DNA from: Narcine bancroftii
Lineage: Eukaryota
DNA length: 64,000 bases
Assembly: GCF_036971445.1 (NCBI RefSeq)
Contig: NC_091473.1
Coordinates: 208,196,001-208,260,000, forward strand
Reading direction: 5' to 3'
Shown here one piece after another: positions 12,055-24,013 of the stretch; positions within the stretch are counted from its first letter, which is position 1, and the number at the start of each line of letters is the position of its first letter. Under the pieces are notes generated by a model. The model was not told the DNA's origin. It did no database searches and saw only the letters and a list, made by a program, of their open reading frames with translations. The position numbers and the translations under genes were made by a program.

Positions 12055-12400
12055 ACCCTCTACACTTGACTCCCTGCTGACGATTTGATGTGTTTTCCAA
12101 GTTCACCTCCGAACCACCATTCGGAACACTGATCCCAATTAAACTGAACTTACCATCTGCAGATCCTGGGATGTAGAAGATCCTCGGATGTAAATCCCAC
12201 TTACTGACGTTGTGCCTCTCCACCAGAGACACTCAGCAGCTCTCCAACCCTCTGTGGGAAGGGACACAGAGATTATGTTTTACATCAATGGCTTTTCATT
12301 AAAGTCCTTCAGTCAGATTTTTGACACCCAGCCTCTTTCATTTTTATTTTGATCCTTTTATTTGGTGAAAGTTCATTTGTGTTTTTCATTGATTTTCACA

Positions 12401-12610
12401 TCCCCAAAGCATCCCAAACTCTTCCCTAGCCCTTGAGGTGCAGACACATTGTACCCAACTTGTCTGCAGCTTGGTCCCACAAACGGAACCAGGAAAAAGT
12501 CCAGACGGTCTGCTTTAGTGATGTCGGGAGGGACCCGAGTTCCCAAAGTTCTCCTCCACTGGGGACTCCTCTGCTGAAGAATGACTCTGCTGTGGATGAA
12601 TGGACAGACA
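12401..12610 (+). pseudogene. Probable decayed CH2-like pseudo-exon
   Basis: Reads SPKHPKLFPSP(+1)EV versus CH2 SPKLMPLVPSPEV. An exact 16-mer ctgtggatgaatggac (12590-12605) is shared with CH2 (17284-17299) at similar spacing. Confidence 0.45.
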
Positions 12611-15507
12611 GTGATTGGCTGGAGGGCATCCAGATGATCCCAGTTCTTTGCTCCAGGAATCCCTGTATTACTAAGGGCTGACATCAATGAAGAGCAGTGA
12701 GGTTCCTCAGATCATCCTTTACTTGAATTGCTGACTCCTTATGAAACTGAGGCTCACCAGGATCAGACAGTGCTGGCAGTGAGTGGCAGTTCCAAAGGGA
12801 ACCAACAGTGTGCAGCCACGTGCACTACAGTTAGTCCTGGACATGCACAGACCCACTGTACAGAGTTTACTGAGATGTAAATTATACTGGGCCATTCACC
12901 ACACTTCTCCACATGGAGCTGGGCCTTGCTGGGCTTCCCAGGATTACAAGAGGGAATCCAACACTATGATTCCCTACCAAGCAGGGCCTAGTAAAGGCTC
13001 ACAGTCCCCATTCATCTGGGAACTCTCGGTCGGCAGATCTGTGAAGATCATTAGTGATGAAGGATTTTGGGGTACATTTTGTGGATTCAATGAACTGAAG
13101 ATCACTTATTTTAAACAAAAGACTTTCAAAAGTACCTTTTGTGGCAGAATTTAAGTCAGTTTTAATGTTTCGGACATTTTAAATTTGTTATGTTACATGA
13201 CAGCTTTGCTAACCCAGGTTTGCCTTGTGTCAGGGTGTTCTTGGCCCAGAGACCCAGCAATGAGACCATAGAGTGTTGAGGTCTTGGTGCTCCTCACTTC
13301 AGGTCTCCAACATCCAGGTCCCACCTTTTCCTGTGTGGCAGGGTGGGGAGAGTCCCGATAGCAGGCCAGACCAGCACCATTCAGCCCTTTGAGTGTAGTT
13401 ATGGTCCAGGTGCCTCCTGTCCTGTGATACTTCACCACAACACAGGTCAGGGTTATATAGCCACTGGGGAACCTTCTTTGTTGTTGCATCAAAATGGAGG
13501 CTCCAGGACAGATCCTCAGACAAGCTGACACCCGGAAATCATGGCCACTGCTATCTGGTTGAATAATGTCTTTGAAGCAAGATTTCAACACTGCTTTTTG
13601 CTCATTACCTTGACAAAGGGTTCAAGGCTGAAATGCTGGTTACCCTTTACTTCCCATCAGTGCTGAGTGACCTGCTGAGTTTCTCCTGCACCATTGTGCA
13701 CTGCAGTTCAACATTTCACCTCCATCTACTGGAGGAAACTATTGTGAAGTAAATATTTTGTAATTTTATTTTCCACCTAATTGAATCTTGACCAAAGTTT
13801 GTTCACTATCCTTCCATTCGCAGAATATATCCAATGGAACATGAGGCATAACTTTTTTAAACAGAGGGTGGTGGGTGTATGGAACAAGCTGGCAGAAGAG
13901 GAAGTTGAGGCAATGTTTTAAGAAAAATGTGGATTGATACGTGGATAAATTTGGAGGGAAAGACATGAAAAGTGTGGGTCAGACATTCTGGTCAGTGCAT
14001 GCAAGTAGGGCCAAAGGGACTGTTTCAACCCTCTCTGACTCTGTGACTCTGTTTTGGTGGCCAAGACTAGTCCTGCCCACAACTCTGCTCCAGATAATTC
14101 TGACAATGGGCCAAAACAAAATCTCCTGCTATCAAATCTGTCATGGAGTCATAGCTCAGAAACCAACCCTTCAACCCAACTTGTCCATGTGCCTCCTTGT
14201 CTTTCCTTGACCAGATCCTTGATATCCCTTATTTTCCAAGGTTCCCTCCTCCTGCCAGTTTTATCCTGCATTTTAACAGGATCATGTTGGTCCTGAAGTC
14301 CACCTATTTCACATTTGGAAGCCCACTTGCTGGATATCCCTTTATTTGTAAACAATCCATGGAGAGTGAGGAAAGAGGGGAAAGAGCAAGTGTTGTGGTT
14401 ACAGGGAGAATGCTGTAAGGGGAGTGAAGTGTGGAGATGAAAAGTGGCCAAGGGAGGTGCAAGGAAAACAGTCCCTTCAGAGCGCTGAAATGGAAGGGAA
14501 GGGAAGATGCACCTGGTGGTGGAAGCTCATTGAAGGTGGCAGAAATCACCAAGGATGATCTGTTGAATGCAGAGGCTGGAGAAGTGGAAAGTGTGGAGAA
14601 GAGAAGGGTGGAGTTGGAGCAGATGTGGAGGAAATAGAGGAGATGTCGTTTGTCACACACTGAACATTAAGAAACGATTCAAAACTTTTCAAGCTATTGA
14701 GAAGATTAAAGTAATGAAAACTAAAGCACCCATTAATGCCCAGGAATTAGCTGAAGTAACCACATGATAGTTGGTTGCTCTTTTCCAGTGAAATGAGAAC
14801 CAGTTCTTTCAAGTGAATTCTGCCTCTTAACTGGTCCATTTCCTCTCTGGACACTGGAGCTGTGTATTCTGTGAACCTTTCAACCTTCCAGGATTCCTGC
14901 ATTTACTCAGAACTGGGCTAATGGATTTCCAGATTCCTTTCTTATTTGTGTTAACATTCCCTCCTGCTTCACCACTAACTTACACGGGCTGTGTGGGTTC
15001 AAGCTCTTCTGCCACTACATTTGGAAAACCTGTAAAGCAGGATCAGATTCACTGTGGGGTCAGTTCAATTGAATTTCAGAAGAAGAGTCCCCAGGTGCCA
15101 CCATAACACACATTTGGTATTGACGAGGTTCAGGTATTCAGGCCGGTGTAACTTCATTCCATGCAAATGCTCTGAATTATACAATAATCTTCCTGCCAAT
15201 TATTTCCTTTTTACTGTGAACAATATTCTGGTGCAAAACGTTCAATAAGGATCATTCGTTGCATTTGAGGGAAAGATTTGGTGCAACTTTGATCAAAATT
15301 CCACACTTCAGACGTTGGGTCACTGCCTCAGTATTGCAGGAGAGAGTCGCCTTATATGCCATGCTTAAATCTCCTCTGTGGGATTTTTGAATATTAAATT
15401 TAGACATATAGCACGGTAACAAGTGTTTTCACCCCACGAGCCTGTCCCGCCCAATTACACCCAATTGAACTACATGCCTTGGTATGATTTGAATGGTTGG
15501 AGGAAAC

Positions 15508-15509
<2 letters not shown>

Positions 15510-15558
<49 letters not shown>
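15510..15558. repeat. (CA)n microsatellite inside a SINE
   Basis: Uninterrupted CA run. Confidence 0.95.
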
Positions 15559-15560
<2 letters not shown>

Positions 15561-15842
15561 GAAAACATACAAACTCCTTATCGAGAGCACCAGATTTGAA
15601 CCCCAGTTGCTGGTGGTGTAACAGCGTTGTGCTACCACTACACTAACCGAGCTGCCTTTTGCTGTTCCTTGGATTATTCCATGCCTTTTTCCCTCAGAGA
15701 CATAGACTCTCTGTTGAGATATAAAGTGGGAAGCCATTTCTGTAACACGGTAAATGAATTTGGAAATGACATTGGATGTTTGCTTCATCTGTTGGTCATG
15801 CATTTATTGACAGGACTGACTGTGAATTTATTTACTTTTCAG

Positions 15843-16145
15843 AGGTTGAGTCATTACCGTCAGTCTTCATCGCCCCTCCCTGCCACAGAGAATCTGACCA
15901 AGTGGTCAGCCTCCTGTGTCTGGTCAAGGATTATCAGCCTGAGAGCATCATCCAGAAATGGTCCACTGCCAGTGGGGACATCACCAACGGAATCAAGAAA
16001 TATCCAGCAGTGTTGGGGCAGAATGCAAAGTACACAATGAGCAGCTTGCTCCGAGTCCCTGCGGCGGATTGGAAAAGCAACAATATCTACTACTGCAAGG
16101 CAGGGTACAAGTTAACCGAGCTCGTGACAGCAATATTCGCTGAAC
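15843..16145 (+). CDS. IGHW: IgW CH1 exon
   Basis: Acceptor ttttcAG. EVESLPSVFIAPPC...LLCLVKDYQP...W...YYC is a C1-set domain with an N-terminal Cys suited to light-chain bonding. Donor C|GTTAGT, phase 1. Confidence 0.95.
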
Positions 16146-16443
16146 GTTAGTATGAGATTTGATTTTCTATTTGAAACTACATTACTGTCGAGGGATAAAA
16201 CTAGAGCAGGAACCTTTGTCAAAAAATGAACAAGGATGTCCATTCATTCCTTTGCTCATTTCTTCCATTCCTACAAGCCAGTGCTGCTGTAGCGTACAAA
16301 AAAGGCAGAGAGAAATTATGTGGAAATAGAGCGGAGCATGAAGCAGTTTCCTCCAGTCAATGAAACTGAATTTTGGTGGAATGTGCAGGAAATAATCTGT
16401 GCTGAACAGCCTCCATTGTATCCACTCATTTATCTAATTTCAG

Positions 16444-16568
16444 AAGACTCTGCACCATCCCCACCACCTGGCCCAAGCACCACTCCCCAGATTAGCTCCT
16501 CCACACGGAACCAGACAGACATTAGTCACTGTTCCTGCAAAACTCACACTCCTTGTGAAGGGAACTGA
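16444..16568 (+). CDS. Candidate terminal (secretory) exon after CH1: QDSAPSPPPGPSTTPQISSSTRNQTDISHCSCKTHTPCEGN*
   Basis: Acceptor tttatctaatttcAG is in phase with the CH1 donor. The 41 aa are hinge-like with three Cys and an NQT sequon. ATTAAA at 16630 is followed by a T-rich tract. Confidence 0.55.
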
Positions 16569-17076
16569 AGAATCAACATCCCCCACTCACCTTTATCCAT
16601 CACCTCTAAGATGTGAGCAAATCATTGCCATTAAAACCAAATAATTTCCTTTTGTCCATCTGTTCTACTTTTTGATTGTCCTCAAAATTGTGGTTCCCAA
16701 ATGTCCTGTTCTACCCCATCTGCTCATGTCCACAGGATCTGGAGTCAGCCATTCCTCTGGATGGCATGTTCCACCAAACAATCAGATCACCAATGGTCTG
16801 CCCACACAGGCCACTTCCTCGTTCAACCCCCTCAACACTGCAGTGTGGGACATAATGCTGGGGAGGCCTGTGTTGTACACCTTGATCTCCCAATCACAGC
16901 TCTACCCAACATCTCACGATAGGATCCATCCTATCGACAGGTCATCTGTAATGAACAGAATTGTAGAGTGGGCTGCTGTTGGGGCATTTGCAAGTGGAGT
17001 TGGGGAATGGAGTCCTCCTACACTGTGGCCAGTTATGCCATCAGTAATATTGCATTAACATTGCATTGTTTTACAG

Positions 17077-17379
17077 CTCAATCTCCAAAGCTCATGCCTC
17101 TTGTTCCATCCCCGGAGGTTCTCAGCAATCAAACAGCTGCTATCCTAGGCTGTGTGATATCCGGATTCTCACCTGACAAGATTCAGGTGACCTGGAAAAA
17201 AGGCACATCAGAGCAAGTGGGCACTCTTCTCCCTTCCACGAAAACTGATGGTGGATTTGAAACTGTTGCCTACCTGACCTTGTCTGTGGATGAATGGACC
17301 AGCAAACAAGAATATTCTTGTGAAGTGACCCATAAACCTTCCAGCTTCAGTGAGAAGATCGTCATGAGATATCAGGGGG
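17077..17379 (+). CDS. IGHW: IgW CH2 exon
   Basis: Acceptor gttttacAG. PQSPKL...LGCVISGFSP...VTW...YSCEVTH. Donor G|GTGAGT. Confidence 0.95.
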
Positions 17380-18013
17380 GTGAGTGGTGTCTGAAGGAGA
17401 ATTAATTTACTTACAGTATTCAACTAGCTGACCTCCACTCAATTCATGTCCCCGATGGGAGTCCTGTTGAGTGAGGTGTGATATTTATTCCCTCTACATT
17501 TCAATCCAACCCTTTCCGTCACTAATTTTAACCCAATCTGTTGTTCAGCAAAAGTGAAAGTTTAAGTCTCCTGTGCACTTACTCCCACATAATTCTTGTG
17601 GTTACTGTGTGGAGTGAAAGGGAAATGGGACATCAAGCAAGATGTGTCCCAACCGATAGACCATGTGGAGAAGATCTCCACCTTCACTTTTCACTTTGCA
17701 GTCTCAGTTTCTGGAAAAATAGCTCCAGCCGAGTGAATGAATCTCCGCAGTCTATCTCCACAGTATCCCAGGAATCTCCCCGGCAGGTCATCCACTCACA
17801 AAGATGGATTATTATTCTGTTGGCCAACCCCTCAGAAACACTGGGATTAGAACTTGGAACAACAGGTCATCATTGGTTTTCATTATCTCATCCCTAAAAG
17901 ATGGTGAATGCAGAGAATAGAGGTCGGGACTGTGTGGAGCTCCTTCCTTTCTCAGTGCAGCCAGTAGAGGAGAGAATATCTAATGGTTAAATCTATGCAT
18001 CTTCCATTTTCAG

Positions 18014-18141
18014 ATATAAACTGTCCCAGCTGTTCGAAGTGTGTGCCGATATTCTTCCAGCAGACTAATGTCAATGTGACATTCTCTGATGGTACCACCC
18101 GACCGTATCATTGTTCACAAGGAAAGTGTCAAATAAAGTGA
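18014..18141 (+). CDS. IGHW: Short-form IgW Cys-rich secretory tail exon (DINCPSCSKCVPIFFQQTNVNVTFSDGTTRPYHCSQGKCQIK*)
   Basis: Acceptor ccattttcAG, phase 1. Encodes 42 aa with 5 Cys and an NVT sequon, and AATAAA overlaps the last codons. Matches the known tail type of the 2-CH IgW/IgX short form. Absent from the ORF track. Confidence 0.92.
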
Positions 18142-20240
18142 TTGGCTGCATGTGGAATTCGTCAGTGAATTTTATTACAATCCATTTTCTGGATTCAAAT
18201 CTATCCCACCATATCCACTGAGATCAAAGTGCAGCAGAGAACAAGGCATCAATTCAAGCTGCCCCATCCCCACTCCACACCTCACATGTACACTCATTCA
18301 TTTGTGGACATTGTTGGTTCAGTGTGATTCAGATCCCAGCCCCACTTCCCTTCACCACCTTCCTTCCAGGTCAGCAAGAACCAGGAACTACATCTCAGCC
18401 AGTGGCTTGGGGAGGAGGTGCTGAAGATACACAGGGGTGAAATGTCACCTTGGCTCAGTTACAGAATGTGACAACCTGTAAGAAAAGGGGCCTGTGACAA
18501 ATCAGTGAGACAAACCACAGGACCCCACCAGTGACCTGACCAAACTCGCGCGCTTGGTGTGAAAGGGATGGACAGCAAACATTGGAAGCATTTTGTTCAC
18601 TCACCTCCTGGACACTGAACTCAGTCCAAGAGAGAAACTCAGTGATCACAAGGAATGCCACTGAGGGGAGTGTGTGGGTGTAATCACCCAAAGGTTAATA
18701 GAATAATATCAGCACTTTGCAAAAAGGAGAGCTATCTCGACATTGTGAGGACTTATGAGGGGGAACTGCCTCTCACCAGAGATGGCTGAGCATTGGATTG
18801 ATTCATTGATATGGGATGTGACTGAACAACAAACAAACGTTCAACAACATCACTGTACTGATTAAACCAATATTCTGAAAGAAATAACCCTGACACCACA
18901 CACCTCACTTTACAAACTTCAGACCACACACTGCGAGAAATCTTATCTGGACTAACACCAGGTACCTGTCATATGTTTTTAAATTGCTCAACACTTGTTA
19001 AAAGAAAGAAGGGTTGAGCAAGAGATAACATCATATGTCATCAAATGAAATGTGTCCTGCCAGACAGGCACAGAGTTCATTATATCTGCTCTAAATACCA
19101 TAGAGGAATTTACGCTGAATGTCGTGAAGGTTTCAACCCTGACACAAACATAATCACCCTCCTTTAAAAGTGTTTGAGAGCAAACACAGCCCTCGTGGAC
19201 CAAAGTGACTGATTGTGTAAATGGTGAACTGCAGTTTAACTGATGTGACGATGGTGCTTGAGGAGACCAGTGGCTTTGCAGAAAACAGGAAACAAACGTT
19301 TCTAAAATGAAACGGGAAAGTACATCTGTTCCAAAAAAATTTCTAAACTGGAGCAAGAGGGAGATTTCTGTTATTCTCCAGATTTATGGTTTGCTCTGTT
19401 GTTACTGGAGAGCAAGTTGTCCACATCTTTCTTTCAAATAGTTATTTTCAAATATTAAAACACCGCACCACTTCACTGGAGCACAGTCACAGAAAACTGA
19501 TTCAAACCCAGATGTCAGGTGCCCTCAAAGCTCCGTCACAGAGGATTCATATTCATTCACAATTTCATGTCCCTCATTGATCGCTCTTGAACTGAGGGTT
19601 TTTCTGGACCAGGGCTTGGCCATATAACTGCAGGTCTGGAGTCACATGCGACCAGACCAGGTATAGATGACAGATTTCTTCTGGTGATGAACAACAGTGG
19701 ACCAAATGGGTTTTATAACACACAAATACTTTATAATCCCCACCACCAAAGAGAGTGTTTTATTCCAGGATGCATTTATTAATGAATACAAAATGAGGGA
19801 ATCCCAGCCTCAGTCCAGAGAAAAGGATTCTCATTGATTCACAATGCTCAGTGGAGGTAACTCATTCATCAGGGGCTCCATGTGAAGAAGATATTGAATT
19901 GTCTCATGAGAAATAAGCCCACTTCCCTCTCATCTGGCTTCCCACAAACCTGACACTGGCTTTGCAGCATCAAAATGTTCAGCCTCTCACCTCCCATCGA
20001 GTCCCTGCTCTGAACCTCGTGGTCACAGTTCTGGGGAAGGCGATTAAACCCATTTGGCAGGTCCTTTATACTGAGTTTATTTTCCCAGCCAACATTTGCA
20101 GCACACTTTTCCACCCTTGCGAGTTTCTGTTATCCTGTTTCCAGTTCACTGCCACAATGCACTTGGATCTGCTCTGACTTTCCATCACAAAAAGAAAAGC
20201 TTCCACTACAATTCTGACATCTCCTCTTTCTGATCCACAG

Positions 20241-20540
20241 AATTGTTTGTCTCAATTCAAAATCCCTCCATTAAAGAGATGTGGATCAACAAAACAGCTA
20301 CTCTGGTGTGCACAGTCATCTCTGCTGATCCTAAGAAAGTCCACATCTCCTGGGAGGTGAACGGGGAGGATAAAAGTGATGCAGCTGTGACCCAACAGCC
20401 CAGAAGGAAAGGGTTCCACAACACAATAATCAGCCGACTCCAGACCAGCGTGGAGGAGTGGTCCAGCGGGATGGAGTACATGTGTTCTGCCCAAGATCAT
20501 TTATCCTCACCAGTCTCAGCATGGACAAAAAGCACCAAAG
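20241..20540 (+). CDS. IGHW: IgW CH3 exon
   Basis: ELFVSIQNPS...ATLVC...ISW...EEW...YMC. AG/GT boundaries, phase 1-1. Confidence 0.95.
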
Positions 20541-20625
20541 GTGGGCAAGAAATCACTGATTAAACAACAAACATCAGTGATGATGTGAGAAAGAGTCCAA
20601 TGTTTTCTTTGTTCTTCTGTTCCAG

Positions 20626-20943
20626 TTGAGACAAAATCTCCTGCGGTCAGACTGCTGCCTCCACCATACGAAGAGTCTAAGCATAGGAACGTGGCTACCC
20701 TCGAGTGTGTGGTCTCGGGATTCTACCCAGACCACATTGATGTCACATGGAAGAAAGGTCACTCCCTGATCTCCTCCAATACCAGCTGGACACAGACTGC
20801 TCTGGAGCAGGATGGGACTTTCAGTGCCAGCCACTTCCTGATGGTGAATTCACAGGAGTGGAAGACAGCCTCAGTCTTCAGCTGCACGGTGTCTCATCCC
20901 TCCTCCAACACCAGCATCACAAAGGAAGCGAGGAACCTCCAAG
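20626..20943 (+). CDS. IGHW: IgW CH4 exon
   Basis: VETKSPAVRLLPP...LECVVSGFYP...VTW...FSCTVSH. 85-bp intron from CH3. Donor G|GTAAGG. Confidence 0.95.
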
Positions 20944-21975
20944 GTAAGGTCCCGACCCACTCCATTGTTGACATTGTTTGCTTTTTGCTATAAACTGTGC
21001 CAGACAGAAACATGGTGCAGACCTGTTATGGTTTGATGACTGAAACGATCCTCCAGAATCTTGGCCAGAGAAATAATTGCTTTCATAACTTGAGCACAAT
21101 ACAAACCATTTCAATGGCCAGGTGCCATGTAGATCCCACATATCCCTCTTCCAAATGGTCTCTCCTTCTGTCTTTGAATGTAATCTGGGCCTCTGGTCAT
21201 GGCCTCAGCCGTGACTGAATCTGCATCAGGACAGCACTCTGCTCCAGCATGGGAAGAGTTAGCCTGGGCAATGTGGAAGCCTCTGCAGGACGGCTTGAAC
21301 ACAAAACATTCTGACAAAGCAGCAAGAGATTTCAGTTACACTTCATGGAGGCCAAATGCATTTTAACAGTTGTAATAAAGATCAAATATTTGTGATGCTT
21401 GAATTTTAAAAATGTCAAGGAAAATTGCTGGAATATTTCTGAACTAAAATATTAGCTCTGCTTCCCTCTGCACAGGTGCAGCCTGAATTGTTTGGAATTT
21501 TCTGTTTTTGTTTTAATAAGTGGCTGGGAACAGCTTAAGTGTCCTCAAAACTGTCCAACTTACATCAGAGACAAATTTGTTCATTGATATTCCTGACAAG
21601 AGTTTACCCTGTCTGCTCAATTGGGGAAATCTCATTCCTCCATCAATGTAGATAAGTCTCGACTGATCTGATGCGACCAACGAATGATTTGCTGGAGATG
21701 AATATGAAATGTTGGTCTCACCAGTGATGCCCCATCCTTTGGGGAATGGTGAAATTGTAGCAACTGGTTTGCAGCGTGTATTGAAAAATGAGCAAATGAT
21801 CAGACATAGTCCAGTTGAAGTTCAGTAAAAGTCTTTTACTCAAACAGTTACGCGCAGATTTTGAAAACACCGTACATTCCAAATGATATCATGACATTAC
21901 TCGGAACCTCTTGACCTGGTTCGATTAAGCCTCCAGTGAGCCTCTACAAAATAATAATTATGACGTTTCTCCCAG

Positions 21976-22296
21976 CTGACTGTTCAGATACCAGCCCCTC
22001 AGTCACTTTAAGAAAACCTTCCTTCGAAGAGATCTGGATGAACAGGACAGCGTCCATTCTATGTGAGGTGGTCCATGGTGATTTAGAGGGATTCAGGGTA
22101 ACCTGGCAAGTGGATGGAAGTGAGAGAAAAGATGGGGTGAGAACTCAGGGTCCAAATAGGAACGGAGGTGAAGACATGATTATCAGCAGACTGACGGTCC
22201 CCGCTGCGGAGTGGGAGATAGGAACTGAGTACTCGTGCGTGGTGGAGGACAAGAGTTTGCCAACACCGGAGAAGAGGTCCATTAAGAAGGCCACAG
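21976..22296 (+). CDS. IGHW: IgW CH5 exon
   Basis: ADCSDTSPSV...ILCEV...VTW...YSCVVEDKSLPTP. Donor G|GTACGT. Confidence 0.95.
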
Positions 22297-23371
22297 GTAC
22301 GTGAAGAGAGAGCTTGGTGTGATTCTGATCTAAGCAAGTAGAGGAATGATAATAAATACTGAGGTTTTGTCATTTACATTGTGTAATGTACAGAAGCAAA
22401 GCATATGTCACCATTCAGCAGTATGGTAGACTCAGGGAAAATTAGAGAGTAGAAGTAGGCCATTCAGCCCTTCATTCCTGCTTAGCCATTCAATATGATC
22501 ACAGCAGATCATTCAAATTGCACCCCCTATTCCTCCCTTCTCTCCATGACCCTTTAACTTTTACCCTTGGAACAATATCCAGCTCATCTTTGAATCTATT
22601 TACTCACTGGGCTTCAACTGCTCTTCGTTCACCATTCTCCAGGTGAAGACATTCCTCCTCTCACACCATCTTCAGCCTGTCAACCTTGTTCCTGGATTCT
22701 GCCGCCATCAGGAACATTCTTCCAATATCGATTCTGTCCAATCAGTTCAGAATGTTATAGTTTCCATGAGTCTCCCCACATTCTTCTTTGCCCTGTAGAA
22801 GGTCTTCTCATGTTGCTCAGAGAATATTAAGGAGCAAAGGAAGACTAAAGCCTCCAGAGAAAACCAGTAAGACCCCAAATCACCACAGCAGCCTCATCCA
22901 AAACCAAACTCAGCTGCGGGGTGAGTTCCTATGATGATGTCGAGGGAGAAGGATCTGCAGCTTTCAAACCCTGAGGGAGAGACTGAGTCAAGGCAGTGAG
23001 TGGAAGGGCAGGGAGGCTGAGGCACAGACTGAAGTTCAGCAGATCATTGAAGCAGAGGGGGAGATGGACGAAACAGCACAGGATGAGTCATCCGTGGTCT
23101 GACCCACTTTCTGTGGAGTCTCTGTGATCAGTGGCTCCCACTGATTAAACAGAATGGACAAACCTCTCGAGAAGTTTTAAAATGTGTCCGAGTCAAGGCT
23201 TCCACCCTGCACATCCCAACAATGAGCATAAAGGGAAAAGGCTCCAGTGTCAGGTAAAGTGAAATCCCTCAAGATGTAGAAGTTGCCCATATTGGTTTGA
23301 AAGCACAATGTGTGGGTTCAGCACAGAATTATTGAAAGATGCAACCTAACTGAGGTTCATTCTGTTCCCAG

Positions 23372-23757
23372 GTGGAGTTGTGACTTCTCCTCACATCTTC
23401 CTCCTCCCCCCTTCATCAGAAGAGTTAGAGGGCGATCAGTCTGCGACCCTGATGTGCCTAGTCAAGAAGTTCTCTCCTGCAGACATCTACATGGCCTGGA
23501 TGGCCAACGACACCCTTCTGAAGACTGGCTACGTGAACCAGCCAGTGACCGAGGACCCCAGAAGTGGCTGGAACATGATGACCAGTCAGTTGAAGGTTTC
23601 TCCAGAGGAGTGGGATCATGGCACCACTTTCTCCTGCGTGGTGGGACATGAGTCGCTCACAACTAATCTGTTCAGAAGCATCAATAAATCTCACAGCAAA
23701 CCCACCTCGGTCAATGTCTCACTTGTTCTCACTGATAGTTTTACCTCTTGTGCATAA
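23372..23757 (+). CDS. IGHW: IgW CH6 exon with long-form secretory tailpiece (KPTSVNVSLVLTDSFTSCA*)
   Basis: C1-set domain plus a mu-type tailpiece with an NVS sequon and penultimate Cys. Confidence 0.96.
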
Positions 23758-24007
23758 TACCTCACGATTCAATGGTTTTGTTAGTTTGATGAAAATTAAC
23801 TGTCCAAGAAGATCTTTTTACTTTCTATCATGATTAAGATCTGGACATTTCTGAACCATTGAGAACAAAATGAGACTCGAGGATTACATTAGCCACAAAT
23901 TTCTCAGCATCTGTATGGCTTTACAGACATTGATCAGATTGAAACATGATCTGGGATCTCAAGATGTGTTAAATCAATGGATGTGTTCATGTATCATTTG
24001 GAAGTTC

Positions 24008-24013
24008 AATAAA
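24008..24013 (+). terminator. Likely polyadenylation signal for long secreted IgW
   Basis: AATAAA 250 bp after the CH6 stop. Confidence 0.6.

Noticed and set aside
10430-12055. 541-aa Pro-rich ORF and overlapping antisense ORFs
   Set aside because: Artefact of a stop-poor C-rich tandem repeat inside the J-C intron. There is no domain and no exon evidence.
15092-15168. Octamer ATGCAAAT (15161) plus E-box CAGGTG as an intronic enhancer
   Set aside because: Octamers also occur at 3640 and 39046 (the latter in LINE debris). About two are expected by chance in 64 kb, so there is no real support.
15843-23757. Assignment as IgM or IgNAR
   Set aside because: Six CH exons, a conventional VH with a CH1, and the Cys-rich post-CH2 tail identify IgW. 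IgM has 4 CH exons, and IgNAR has a distinct V and 5 C exons.
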